Shown piece after piece: positions 1 through 13,870 of a DNA stretch of 64,000 nucleotides. The stretch lies in assembly GCF_009914755.1 (NCBI RefSeq), contig NC_060935.1. One strand, 5' to 3'. Under the pieces are notes generated by a model. The model did no database searches, was not told the origin of the DNA, and worked only from the letters and a program-made list of their open reading frames with translations. Positions within the stretch are counted from its first letter, which is position 1, and each line of letters starts with the position of its first letter. The position numbers were made by a program, and so were the translations under genes. This DNA is from the human T2T-CHM13v2.0 reference genome, Homo sapiens.

Positions 1-802
1 GTCACTGCCACCTTAGCGCTGTGGAAGCTTGAACCAGCTCTGCGGTGAGGTCTTGGGTCTCCATGAGATTCCAGCCTGGGATAGGGAGCATGAATATGAG
101 AGGCAACCACTGGACCAGCTGCTTGGTCCTCACCACCTCCTGCTTCTGCCAATCAGTGTGGGGAAATCTCAACAGTAAGGTGGCTCATATTCCCTGCCTG
201 GCAGCCTCAGAGCAGAGAGAAGAGCCTTGATACCAGGGCAACATCAGGGACCCTGGAGCTAGGGCTCCAATATCTCATCCAAACAGGGTCAGTGCTTTGT
301 GGTGGCTATGGAGGGGAGGGGCTGCGTGTAAGGTATATTCTAGCACGGCTCAACTCCAAGCATTCTCTTTCTTTGTCTATGTATGTACAGATAATTACAT
401 GGCCGATTTGCTTATCGCTGGCCAAAATTAATCTTTCTTTTAAGAAGTGCCAGCTGGGTCATTAAGACAGCTCAGCCTGCATGCAGTAAATTCTACTCAG
501 CAAATATTTATTAACCCAGTTCCACGGGAGTACTGAGAAATTGAAACACACAGTCTCACCCAGGTAGTTTAGATTGAGTACCCAGTATAAAGTATCTTGA
601 ATTACTTTCTGCTTTCTCTATCTTCCTACTTTCTGCAGTAGGAAGAAAGTGACCCTAGGTGGAGGCTAGGCAGGATGAGTTCTCTGTGCATATGCATCTC
701 CCTTTCTGTGTGAGTGAGAGGTCTTTGCTAGGTGGGGATTTGGGGATCTAGGATTTATACTACTGAAGCTGAAATAATAATAATAATGATAGCAACAACA
801 CA

Positions 803-1330
<528 letters not shown>

Positions 1331-2246
1331 TAGGCTTAGAATATGTTAGACTGTATAAGATGGACGAACTTGGAAGGATTTCAGGGAGGGAAGGATTTTG
1401 GTGGACTCTAGGCCTTAGGGAAAGTTCCAAAAGGGACTGGAGCTCAAATAAGCCCTTGAAAAGTGGAAACATTCAGGATGGGAGAGAAGAGTCAAGCTGG
1501 AGATCAGGGAGAGCCCTGGGCCTGGCCTGAAAGAAGAGGGCCCTGGTGGTTTCCCTATAGTCTCTAGGGAAGTTTATTTGTATGTTACCTACCAGTGCCA
1601 TCTTCTGCTTTGTCTTTGGGCATTCTGACCCCTGACTCCTTCCAACCTGTCTCCCCGTTCCTTCTAAAAGGCCCCACTTCCAAATATTTGGCACTGTCCT
1701 AACCCTTGAGGTTCTCCCAGAGACCCGCAGTCTCCCTCCTGCCCCGTGTTTCCACGGCCCCTTTGCGCAGCATCATTTAGAGGAAGTACAATGAAGTGCC
1801 AGTAGCAATAACTGCCCCGGCCCTCGCTTTCATGTGCTTGTAAAGTTGTTTGGCAGGAACTGGGACTTGGAAAGGAGACATGACTTTGTCAGAGGGCTTG
1901 GGGCTGGGCATGGTGTGAGTGGCGAAGGGGAGAAGGAGGAAAGGGGAAGGAAAGGAGCTCTTGTTGCCCCATTCTGGAGAGTGGTGGACTCTGGACAACC
2001 ATGAGGAAACTTTGGAAAGGAGCAAGGCTTTGAGGAGGAGTCCAGTCTTTGTATGGGAAAGCAAAAAGTGGAGAAATGGCCAAATGTAGTTAAGTGACAT
2101 TGGACCCAGAAACTCTGAGTTGGGGAACAGATATCTTGAATTCGGGGTCTTGTGCAGGAGGAAGAAAGTGGCCCTTGGTGGAGGCCAGGGGGGATGAGTC
2201 CTTCATGCACATGCATCTCCTTGTCTCTGTGGGTGAGGGGATCTTT

Positions 2247-2489
2247 TTTTTTAATTATTATTATACTTTAAGTTTTAGGGTTCAACCATTGTGGAAGTCA
2301 GTGTGGCGATTCCTCAGGGATCTAGAACTAGAAATACCATTTGACCCAGCCATCCCATTACTGGGTATATACCCAAAGGACTACAAATCATGCTGCTATA
2401 AAGACACATGCACATGTATGTTTATTGTGGCATTATTCACAATAGCAAAGACTTGGAACCAACCCAAATGTCCAACAATGATAGACTGG
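2247..2489. mobile_element. Short young L1 (L1PA2/PA3-like) insertion with 5' inversion; 17-bp TSD TGGGTGAGGGGATCTTT (2230-2246 / 2487-2503)
   Basis: Antisense L1 3' end (ttttttaattattattatactttaagttttaggg) joined to a sense ORF2 C-terminal piece (QPLWKSVWRFLRDLELEIPFDPAIPLLGIYPKDYK...MIDW), flanked by a direct repeat. Confidence 0.93.
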
Positions 2490-5400
2490 GTGAGGGGATC
2501 TTTGCTTGGGAATTGCATGCCTGGTGTTGAGAAAGAGGAGAGCGTCTGAGAGCCCTGGGTCTTAGGGCTGGCACACACCTTTCTGCTCCCTTCTCTCTAA
2601 TTGAGCATTAGAGACTCCGCCCCTTGCTGGGAGTTAGAACTTTAGCTGTGTTTTCCCATGTGAAGGAGCAAAGAGGCAAAGCTTCATCTCTGTTGGGGCT
2701 AGCATCAACTAATTCAGGTATTCCCCATTTACACATTGGACATCTACTTGCTGCAAAGGCATGGTGACAAGTCCTTGTGTGGGAGGCTGGCAGCCAGTAG
2801 GAAAATGTTCCATTTGTTTTTTCCCAAATTTCCCCACAAAGGAGGGGATGCTGGACAGCATGAAATTCTTAGTTCATGACAGATTCCCTTCCATTCATTC
2901 AGGAACTATTTCCTGACTCATTGTCATAGACTCAGAGATGGGAACTCTAAGGATCATTTAGAAAATCTGAAAGAGAGGGACTAGTGACTTCCCCTCTCTG
3001 CGACTTGTTAAGATATTAGGGCAGGGCATTTCTCTCATGTATCTCTATCATGAGGACTGTGGGAGCCTCAACCCCACCCCCTGCAGTGGGTGGGGAGGGT
3101 GTGGTCTACTGGGGTAACAACATTTGTTTCACACCTTAAATACTACCTTACAGACTCATTACAGTTTTATATATTACTCTACAATATACCCAATTTGAGT
3201 TTAATACAATAATAATGATATATATTTTTGACCATATAGCAATGTTGGTGTTCGACAATGATTCTCTGTATTGTCCTGGGGCTTCTAGCACCTCCTGGAA
3301 CATCGCTAGATGGTCAGGAGCACCAAAGTTTTAAAAACCTGATGCTCTGCTGTGGTACCATATGGTCCTGTGTAAAGCAGGGTCCTAAGTCCTGAGTCTC
3401 TAGGAAATACTGCTCAGTGAGCACTGACTCTATACTAGATGTGAAGCCGGGGGTAGCACAGGATATCTTATCTAAGCCTCCCAACAGCCCAATACACCTA
3501 GCACTCTCTTTAACTCCATTTTCTAGATAAAGAGATCGAGACTTGTGGAGATGGCATGACTTGCCCCAGGATCCAGTGGTGGAGTTGGGATTTCCGCATT
3601 ATCTAACATCCTCCCATGTTAGACTCCAATGCTTATGCTCCTTCAATTCATTATGTGTCTGGAGGACTTTGGAAGCTATACGTGGCTCTCCCACACTACC
3701 TGTCCCCTGTGGCCAGCATAAGTGAACTCTTGCATGGGTGGCTTCTCTCTCCATCCCCGGCAGGCTGTGGACTCTTGGCTGCCCTGCCCTGGCCTGTCTC
3801 TCCCCAGGTTTGGCCACAGATATCAGAGATGCCAACCAAGTTATTTGTAACTAAAATAAATCACATCCCTTATCAGAGTCCAGCTGCCCTCCCAGATATG
3901 CTCTGATTTACAGGCTTGGAATAAAGAGAGAGGTGGTTGCTTGTCTACAGGACAAGTTAGGGCAATGCCCTCTGCCTGAATATTAGGAAAGCAGCATTAC
4001 AGGAGCTCTCACTCTGACCAGGCAAGCATTTCACATGCACAGACCCAGAGACCCACTCCTCACATGCTCATTAGTAGGTTGTGCGACCCTGGGTAGGAGG
4101 CTGACATGGGTCTTGAACTGAAACCCAGTGTGTGGCTCTAGGTGACATGTGGCCACCCAAGTGAGGTTTCGGATCCACCTGCAGTGTCAGATGCTTCAAG
4201 GCTGGGGTCCCCTGATGGAGAGGAGGTGGTTGGAGATCACCTGGGCCTCCTCAGCACTGCCTCCTGGCTGGGGCTGGGGCTGGGGATAAGAGAGTAACTG
4301 CAATTGTGCTTCCCCAGCACCTTCGCTTTAGGTCACTCCACCGAAGAGCCTGAAAGGGAAGTGGTTCTTGCGAAAGAATGAGCTGAAGCAGGTGGCAGAT
4401 GCTACCAGGCACCGTGTAGTTTTCAAAGGGGATCTTTTTCTGCCTCAGAGAGAAATTCTGGGGTTTGCACAGCAAGAAACCGATGACTCAATTTCCTTTG
4501 TGTCCCTGCTTTAATGGGAAGGTTGTAGGCGTTCTTTAGAATGGCAGGGTAGGTTGATACCTTCTACCTTAAATTTGAATCCCACTTTTCACTCACTTAG
4601 CAGGTTGAATTTTTTTTAAGTGTACCCCCCACAGCTGCCCAACTGGGTTTGCGAGGCAAGCCCAACTTGCCAGAGTAAACCGGAAGGGGTGCTTTCTAAA
4701 GTTTGTGGTTCTGGAGTCTGGCCAGGCATGGATACAGTCATTGTGCGTTCCAGATTTTCTGGGAGAGTCAGGATCTCAAATATGCAAACACTCTACCAAT
4801 TGATGTCTAGTGCATATTTTGACTAAATGTTTATATATTTTTCCACAAATAAATACATGACTTAATGTAATTGAAAGTCAAACACTTTTTAAAAATGCTT
4901 TTTGCATAAAGAAATTCACATCTTTACAACTCCTTAACTAGGATGGTGTCAATTAAATTAATGTTTGATTCAGGACATGTGTACTTTGGAGGTAAGTATT
5001 TCATATTCCTCCCCTCTCCATTGCTCAATTGCCCCACTGGGTGACGTACCAAGATAAGCCACATGTTTGATTCTTGTTTGCTGGATGTGGACATATGCAC
5101 ATTGCAGGTATGCCTATAAGTACATGCCTGAAGGATCTATGTGTGTGGTGGGAATTGGTGATGCCAAAGAATGCTAAAGACTTTCATGCCCCTTAAAGGG
5201 GAAAATAACCACAACAAAACAAATTCCAATGTATCTTCTCCTGTCTTCTGCAGCACTGGGGGAGTCCCCTGATAACAGGGATCATGTCACATTCATTTTT
5301 GTGGGCCCAGATCTCAGTAATATTGACCCATAACTGTTGAACTGCAATGAATGTCTAGAATATAAAAGTCATGATATCTATATATATGGAAGCATGCTGT

Positions 5401-6534
5401 CAGTATGGGCTAAGGTGCAAATACATTTATGTGTAAGTGAGAACCATGGTGATGGCTGTGTTGCTCAGGACAGGGCTGACTTGGCTGGCTGACTGCCCAC
5501 CACAGGCCTCATGTTTGGTCTACCCCAAACAGTGAGCTCACCCATCTGTTTGTTTGCGGCTTTGGTGGCTGCCTGCTGTGACCGCTGGGGACATCTGGCT
5601 AAAGACAGGGTTACTAGATAGTTGGGCTGAGAAGGGAGTGGGAGCCAGTGAGATGAGGACACCAACCCCAAATTTAAGCCTCAAAACAAAAACACTCCCC
5701 AGCAGCAGCCACCTTGGGGTTCTAGTTATTTTGGAGATACTGATACGAGGTTGAGATCCTTGGGTGAGAGGCCCACACTCCTCCAACCCCCATGTCTGCT
5801 TCTGGAAGGTGGTGGCAGAGGAGAGAAGTAGAAGTACTATATGGGAGATGCGGGAGATTCTTGCCTTCTCTGTCAGTCTCTTTGGGCAATTATCAAGCTG
5901 TCATCTGACCAGATACTACCATAGCTTCTTCGGGGGCAAATCCGTAGGGAATCCTGACATCCGACGGGGAGCCACTTTGGCAATGGCAAACGGTGTCTCC
6001 TCTCCACAGAGCTTGTGATGTCAGAAATTACCCATAACTGGGGCAGGTTTTGTCTTCCCAAAGATTGTCTGCCCAGCTAGACCTGAGAGACAGGGAGACA
6101 AACACAGAATGAGGGGGTGGGTCTTGTGGGGGTGGGGAACGATGGAAACTCACAGAGCCAGATCTCCCCGAGTTTGAGTTGCACTGGCTGCCTGGGTGTG
6201 TCCTCCTGAGGTAAGTGTCCCTGCGAAGTGCAAGTGTGGGCAGACAGATCTCAGGTGGGTGGGGAGGGACTGAGTCACCAAGGAGGTGATTTGCAAAACT
6301 CAGGTCCCAGAAACTTTCAGGTCTTCAGCTTTTAAAAGTAAAGGTTAATTGCAAAACTCCGGGGTTGAGGGAAGAGATTATTCACATAGACCAGTCATTT
6401 TGAGCATCTGCTGTTGTGGCATTGCAAGTCTCCTTCGCAGTGCCTGAAAGTTCATTTGTTTTTGAGAGCTCTTACGCTTTTTCTGTTTGCATCTTTGCAC
6501 AAGTTCTATGTTTCTGAGAACCCTCACCACTATT

Positions 6535-6790
6535 AGTAATAATAGCAAACACTTACAGAGTGTTGACCATGTACCAGCGCCATTCTAATTGTTTCCTATA
6601 TACTGCCTTGTTTAATCCAAACACTGACTTCATGAAGGTGGTGCTGTTATTATCTGTCTTTTACATATGAGGAAACTGAGGCACAGAGAATTTAAGTAGC
6701 TTGCCCAAGGCCATGCAGCTGATAAGTGATGGCGCTGGGATTCAAACTCACATCTGGCTACAGAGTTCATGCTCTTTGTCACTATGTTAG
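6535..6790 (-). mobile_element. MIR (approximate bounds)
   Basis: atgaggaaactgaggcacagagaatttaagtagcttgcccaagg...gggattcaaactc core. Confidence 0.85.
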
Positions 6791-7078
6791 AGTGCTTCTC
6801 TTGGTATATTAAGATATCGAGGCACCCTAGAAATCCAGACGATTGTACCTGGAAGTACTGTAGTTGTTTTCAAAAACTTCATTTGGGAATCTAGTTGTGG
6901 GTGAGGTCATAACATCCACTGAGCTTTTAAACATGATGTCAGAGGAAGGGGTTAGAATTGCAAAAATGAAGGAGGAGGAAGTTGTAATGGAAACTTCTGC
7001 CAATGCATATTCTGAGTTGACTCATTCATTCTGATCTCTGAATAGAAGCTCTACTCTCTTCTATGTGATGGAAAGTTG

Positions 7079-7174
7079 AGGATAGGGTAGGGCTGAGAGG
7101 GATGTGAATTGAGTTGTTTGTTCATTAGGATAGGATAGGGCTGAAAGGGATGTGAATTGAGTTGTTTGTTCATT
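7079..7174. repeat. 48-bp tandem duplication (2 copies, 2 mismatches)
   Basis: aggatagg(g/a)tagggctga(g/a)agggatgtgaattgagttgtttgttcatt at 7079 and 7127. Confidence 0.95.
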
Positions 7175-7868
7175 ATCACTTCATTATTTGTCACCTGGAT
7201 GAAAGGTAAAGGTGGCTGATTAGTGTTTCTCCATCAGCTAGAACTTTGACTGGGAAATGAGCCAATCAAATAGCAGCAAAATATTTGCCCTCACCTTACA
7301 GGCCCTTGGTTCCAGGGTCTTCTCTCCACCGGCTAGAATGGATGAGGGAGGGAGAGAAACTCTGAGAAAAGAGGCTGTCAGGAGTAGGGCTGTACATATC
7401 CAGGGCACAAGGAATTTGGCAAAAGCTGGAAGTATACTATAGCCCTTCTCTCCAGCCCTAGCCTAAACCAGATGACCAGGCTTCTATTTGGCCCAGCATG
7501 TGACCATCCCATCAGGGAGCAAGAGAGTTTCCTCTGGGTACCCCTCACTGAGAAAAAAGCCACCCAGGAAGGGAGGAGGCAAGGCCCCCTGGGAACATCT
7601 GGCTCAGTCCACAGGAAGGGATGCAGGCCTTTTCCTGGGAATGAGGACTCATCCCATATTCCAGCCCCCTTCCCCCAACTTTTTTTTTTTTCAATTTTAG
7701 TGCATCTCTTTACACTTAACAGGTCTGCAGTGACTTCTAGGAGGATCCACACACCAATCGTGGAACTAGGCAGCATCTTTTTCCACTTCCTTTCCAAGAT
7801 AGTAGCACGATAACAGTAAAGCCCCTTTGCAAGTGTTCACTATTATGCACATTAAGATGCCAGGGAGA

Positions 7869-8166
<298 letters not shown>

Positions 8167-11100
8167 GGTGCCAGGGAGAAATGAACAATTCCATGCAGCC
8201 AACACCTGGTCTCCTGCGTTTGGCTTAGAAGGGCATTTCTGCCCAAGCCCCCAGCTCTAGTCTTTGCACACTTTAAATGAGTAGCTACTACATGCCAATC
8301 ACAGATGTTGCCTCTGCTGAGTATCCAGTCAAAAAACCAGAATCTAACAGAGCTAACTAAGCACCATCTTACAGGAAACCAGCTGACGTCAGCTCCGCAG
8401 CCACCAGTGAGTTACTGGGCCCACATCTGCCTGCAAGAGGGGGAGGGGAATTCAGGTAACCCACAAGAGGGGATAAAAGTTCGGGGAAGAAATCTCCTGT
8501 CAAGGAGTTTGTTTTTGCAGTGGATCCTCTGCAGTGAGACTAGTTGTCTTTACAATATCATTAGAGGTCAGGTACATTCCTGTAGACTCCCTTAAGTGAC
8601 TTGCTTTCTCCTATTGTTCCCCCTGAAAATTCATAAAAACCTCACAAACACATCTCCATTTAAAAAGAGAAAGTTTAAAGGATGCCATGTAATGGTTATC
8701 TCTTTTCTTTTGCCAGTGAGCATAAAAGCTCCTTAGGGAAAAGCCCAAACCCTCTATACATTTTCATATTCATGATAGCCCTGAGCGGTCAGCACAGTTC
8801 CCCAATTATAGTGGGTGCTCAATAAACACTTGGATGGCTTACTGAATTAATAATGTTTCTAGACTTGGCTAGCAAAGCCATCTCCGTTACTTATCTTTTG
8901 TGATTTTTATAGGTTCTGTCTAATTCTTTTTCTTCATTTTTTTTCTTTCTGGTCTATACAAATCTTCTTTCATTTTTCTCTATTGCTACTTGTAGCGATC
9001 CTCAACCCGCCTCCTCCCTTGAAATTTCTGTTCTCTGCACTCTCTTCAGTCTAAAGAGATCTTTCTTGAGGTTTGAAATGTTACACAAGGCAGGGGAAGT
9101 TTAGAGCTAATTGTATTTTGTCCAGTAGAACGGGGATCTGGATTTCCTATAGGTCTGGCTGCCTCTTTGTCTACACCTTTACTTCCAAATCTGGCCTCAT
9201 GTATAAAAAGACCCCAAACCTTAAAATCATGTTCTCAACAATACTCAGAGAAAAATTGTTGGCTTTTTGGTCACCATGCTAGAGGAATAAAAGGGCAGTT
9301 GTTTCTTTCGGTCAATGGTTTGAAAACCTCCCAGACTAAAAATCACCTCCATATAATCAGATGCTTGGTGTGGTGTAATGAAGATGAGGAGGTCTGGCTT
9401 TGATAAGAGTCATTTAGAAGGTATAAAGGCAGTGGAACAAGACGGGAGGACCCATACACCAGTTGATTCCCCTCTTGCCACTTAACAGCAGCGTGAGCTT
9501 GGGCAGTTGCACTTGTTAAATGTCTGGAACAATACTTAGCACGTAATTTCTAAAGCTTAATGTTTAGTTCACAGAAGGTATCCCAAGAATAGAAATGATT
9601 ATTATATTTTAGCTTCTCTCTATTACTGATTCACTATGTGCTGCTAGGCAAAGTATTTCACCCCCATTTACTTCTATTTTTCCATGTGTAAAATGCGAGG
9701 GTTGGATTCTAGTTGATCTGTCAAGTCCTTTCCAGGCCTCATGTTCTATAAATTCACCACTCTGTGGGCTTACTAACACCTGAGCCTCATAAAACCTAAT
9801 GGAAAGAATAACACAAAACCACCATAAGGCAGTGTCAAAAAAAATTGATGCCTGATTTGTATTAAATGTCAAAAGTGAATTATTAATCCATGCCAGAAAT
9901 AAACATATGGACCCAATTACACTCTAACTCCAATGGGCAAGAGTGTTGTAGGGACAAAGTGCTTTGCCCGTAGTACTTCATAGAATCCTCTAGACCATGT
10001 GGAAGGTGAGCAGATGAAGCAGCTCTGGCCAGAGAAGTTAGGAACATGTCCCAGTCACACAACTGAAACTGCAGGAAGTCAGTCCTGGGATTAACTGCAG
10101 GATCTGAACACTGTACTCTTTATATTGTACTTTAAAAAACATTGCTTCACATGGCCAGAAAAGCCAACCTCTGAAGAAGAGAAAAATTGTTCCCTTCACT
10201 CTCAGAGCTTCATGAGCACCTTGGACTTGCCAGCTTTCCTCAAGCAACCCCTGTAACTTGTTGGCACAAAATTAACCACAATATTCAGACAAAGCAGTAC
10301 TTACAGGGTGAGTGCTAGTATCCTATGCAACTAGGGTAGCCTGAGAATCTAGGGGAAAAAAAGCTAGACCAAACAAAAGATTATATATAATCTTTCCCCA
10401 AATCAAGGCACTGAGCAAGGCAGGCCTGAGAGATGGTGAATTTCTGCTTCTACTGAGAGTCCTCCAGACCCCCAGTAAAAATTTCTTTTCATCATAAAAC
10501 CAGAGAAACTCTTGCTCAGGAAAAAGAAAGAAAAATGGAAATCATAAAGATTGCACGACTTAGGATTTTGTCAAAATGTGTCAGAGGCTATAATATAAGG
10601 CTAGTTTTTGGCATTCTGTCAGTCACTGAATGTCCTTCATCAGATCACAGCTCCTTTTGGTTGTGCTGACTTTATACCCATCTGGAATCCACTGACCATT
10701 AGCTGAAATAAAATCCCAGATGTGCTCAGATCTCACATCCTGTGCAATGCCCTCAGTTATTGCTGATACGGTTCAGTCATCTGTCTCTCCAGCTAATCAT
10801 ACAGACACAGTATTCTAGGAGAAGTGAGAACCCACTCATAGCCAGGAGAGCTTCTCCCTCTCAGTCACAGGGTGACTGTGGGCAAGGTCCTTCCCCTGTT
10901 GGTTGCCTCTGTCTCCCCAGTTATAAGATGGTGACAAACTGACCAACTTAAAATTTCCTTAAAATGTATTGGCACTGTGGACAGAAATGAGGAAAGTGGA
11001 AGACCTAGTTTCTGTCCTCAGGGAGCTTACCATTTGGTGGAAATAAAGTTAAACAGGTGAAAGAATTATGCAAGAGAGCATAACCAAGTGTCAGAAGACA

Positions 11101-13599
11101 GGAAAAACAGACATCTCGATTGCATGTGAAGGCTTCAAGGAATTTGAGGATGAGTTGAATGTGGAAAAGAAGACAGACAGAGAGAGGGGAGAGGAGAGAA
11201 ACCCAGGGAAAGGCAAAACATGAGCCAGGTGTTTAAAGTGGGGGAATAAGAATGGCTTGATTGGGGCCAGGGGAGGGGTCAGTCTGCTTGGATAAGAGAA
11301 TTCATGAAAAGAACAGTGAGAGATGAGGTCGGACAGATTCCAGGCAATCAAGTAACAGTGGCACTGTCCACTGGCAGAAGATCCAATTTTTCTGCCCCAG
11401 AAACTCAGAAGTTCTCATGAATCACCCTCTCAGACAGTGCTAGACAGAGTTCAGAAGCAGGCCAGCTCCAACAGTGAGAAAGAACTTTGGCAACTTTGCC
11501 TGGGTTAGAGAGTGGCAATTTAAGTGAATCCCAAACAAGACCTACTGTGGCAATAGCAAATAGATTTTAGCTCAAGGAACATTTCCCATTGACTCCTAGA
11601 GGCTTCCCAAAATGCTGTACTAAGAAGTCAAACCTTGGCTCAGGTATGGAGAGTGCTGTGATCCATTAGTGATGTCTGCTATGGGCACAATATGAAGGAT
11701 TTGACCCCCATGCATCACATGGACATCACCGTAGTGGAGCAGCAGGCTTTCTTTGTTAATGTTTCTGAGAGTTGTGTGTATAGTCCTCTGGGAGTTTAGC
11801 CATTCTAGAATCTGTCCAGCTAGCCATACTATAGACTCTATCTCCTTCTAGAACAGTAAAAAAGCAGTCTCTTGCCCAGAGGGCAGAGGTTAGTCACTTG
11901 AGCCTTTTGTTAGGATTCACTCCCATTCTGTCTTCCCATTTACCCACATGAAGTTAGATGCTGGGAGCCAGATATTTCCTGTGTTTGAACAAGGGCCAGA
12001 CTTCCTGGCAAAGGGTCCCTTCTTCCCATCAGTTTCTTCAACTGCAAACTGAGAAGACAAAAGTGATGCCTCACCCGTGGTGGCGACAGGAGGAATAACT
12101 AGCTAATGCGAGGAAAGCTTTTGAAGATGAAAGGGTGGTATGTGCATGTTAATTACAACTTTTATCAGCCCTGGAGCCTCTGCATTCTCAGCTGCCACTG
12201 GAAGCTCTTCTGTGCCTCCCAAATGCAAACAGCAGCCACATTCCATGAGCTGGCCTCACTAAGTCCTGCTTAGAGCATCCAAGTCAAGAAGGTTGGATTT
12301 TGAGCTCAGGCTGGCCAGCTGGCTCACTCTGGGCCACTCAAGTTTCCCACTACTCATCCCCAAGGGAAAAAGTAGGCTAGCTACCTGGGCAGGTAAGATA
12401 AGATAGAACCAAGGTATAAACAAAAGGCTCCATCAAAAGTCTACCAGAAATAGCCCCTGGGTAAGATTAGGACACTCTGCTCTAATTCCCACCCTGTGAA
12501 AGCCTAATTGTTTGACCTTGGGCTATTGGCTTTATCTGTCTAATGGTTCAATATACTGTGTGAACCATTTGGGGATAATAATCCCTCTGCCTCCCCTAGA
12601 CCTCTCCACCTTTGCCTGCTGGTGTGAAAGTGTTTTGTGCTAGTAGGCAGAAGCACGTGATATAAAACTACAAGGTCCTATTATTACCTAGGATAACTTT
12701 CGCCTCTATCTATGTCTCCTGTTGCTGGTTGACCCCAATCATTGAAACTGTATTCTTTGGAATGCTCAGCAGTCTCCTCCAAGCTGCCATTCCCTCCTTA
12801 TCTAGGTGGGCCCAGTATTGGCTCAGGCTTCTTGGTTGTGCCACTTCCTAAGGCTTGCAAATGCATTCAGCCTGCCCTTGCTCTCAGTGCCAGCTCTCAG
12901 TGCCCTTGCTGGGATAACTCAATAAAGGGCTAGAGGTGGGAATGGGATAATCATCAGATGCTTTGCTAGTGCTGACGGGACAGCTTAGAAGGTATAAACT
13001 GAGCTGGGCCCATGCAGCAACACCAAAATATGTGTTCAAAGAGGGAGAAGAGGAGAAAAAGAGAAAGGAAGTTATCGTGGTCTGATAACAGGGCATGTCA
13101 GAATGGGAAAGAGTGTTAGGAATTATGTAGCCAACTTGTTTGATTGGAAAGATAAGGAAGCCTCAAGGGCTGCAAGTGACTTTCCCAAGGTCACAAAACT
13201 AATTGGTGGCAAAACCGTGGTCTTCTGACTTGTCCGGTTTCCTTTCATTTTATCCTTTGAGACGATAAAGGAGAGGACACTAACTAAACAAGAAGACAAT
13301 GATCTGATCAGGACAAGAAGACTTGGAGTACAAAATGAGAAGAAGATAATAGGGTAATGGATTTTTTAGTGGCACAGTGGGAAATGGCGTAGGTGTTTAC
13401 ACTGCACTGGAGCCCTCACTGTGCTTGGAACTGGTTCCCTGTGCACAGTCTTGCACACCCATATTTGGTATTTTTTTATCCTTTTTGACTTAATGAGCAT
13501 TTGGAAACCATAAGGCCCACAGCAACCTGACCTTTGACTTGCCCAGACTCTCTGAGCAATTCTGTGAGTTGAGTCAACAATCAATGGTTTTCAAATTAT

Positions 13600-13870
13600 T
13601 CAATTGTTCACTCAACGCATACTAGTTGAACACCAATATCTGTGCTCTGCTAGGCACTGGGGATACCACTGTAGACAAGAGAGGCATAGTCTCCTCTCTC
13701 CTGGAACTTACAGTCTATCTGGAAGACAGACAGTAAACAACTAATGATGCCTTTGTTTAATTACACTTGTGGTAAGTGCTATGAAGAAGAAGCACTGGAT
13801 CTTGTGAGAGCATAATAGGGAGATCTCATCTGATTTAAAGCACCAGGGAAAGCCTCCCAGGACCTGTTGG
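13600..13870 (-). mobile_element. L2 relic (approximate bounds)
   Basis: ttcactcaacgcatactagttgaacacc...gctaggcactggggatacc...ggaacttacagtcta, typical antisense L2 3' end. Confidence 0.65.

Noticed and set aside
2094-2549. 151-aa ORF
   Set aside because: Chance fusion of flanking DNA with an L1 ORF2 fragment; non-ATG start and no reverse transcriptase or endonuclease domain.
3072-3095. 24-bp near-perfect palindrome CCCCACCCCCTGCAGTGGGTGGGG as a structured RNA or miRNA
   Set aside because: Too short and low-complexity for a pre-miRNA; no other support.
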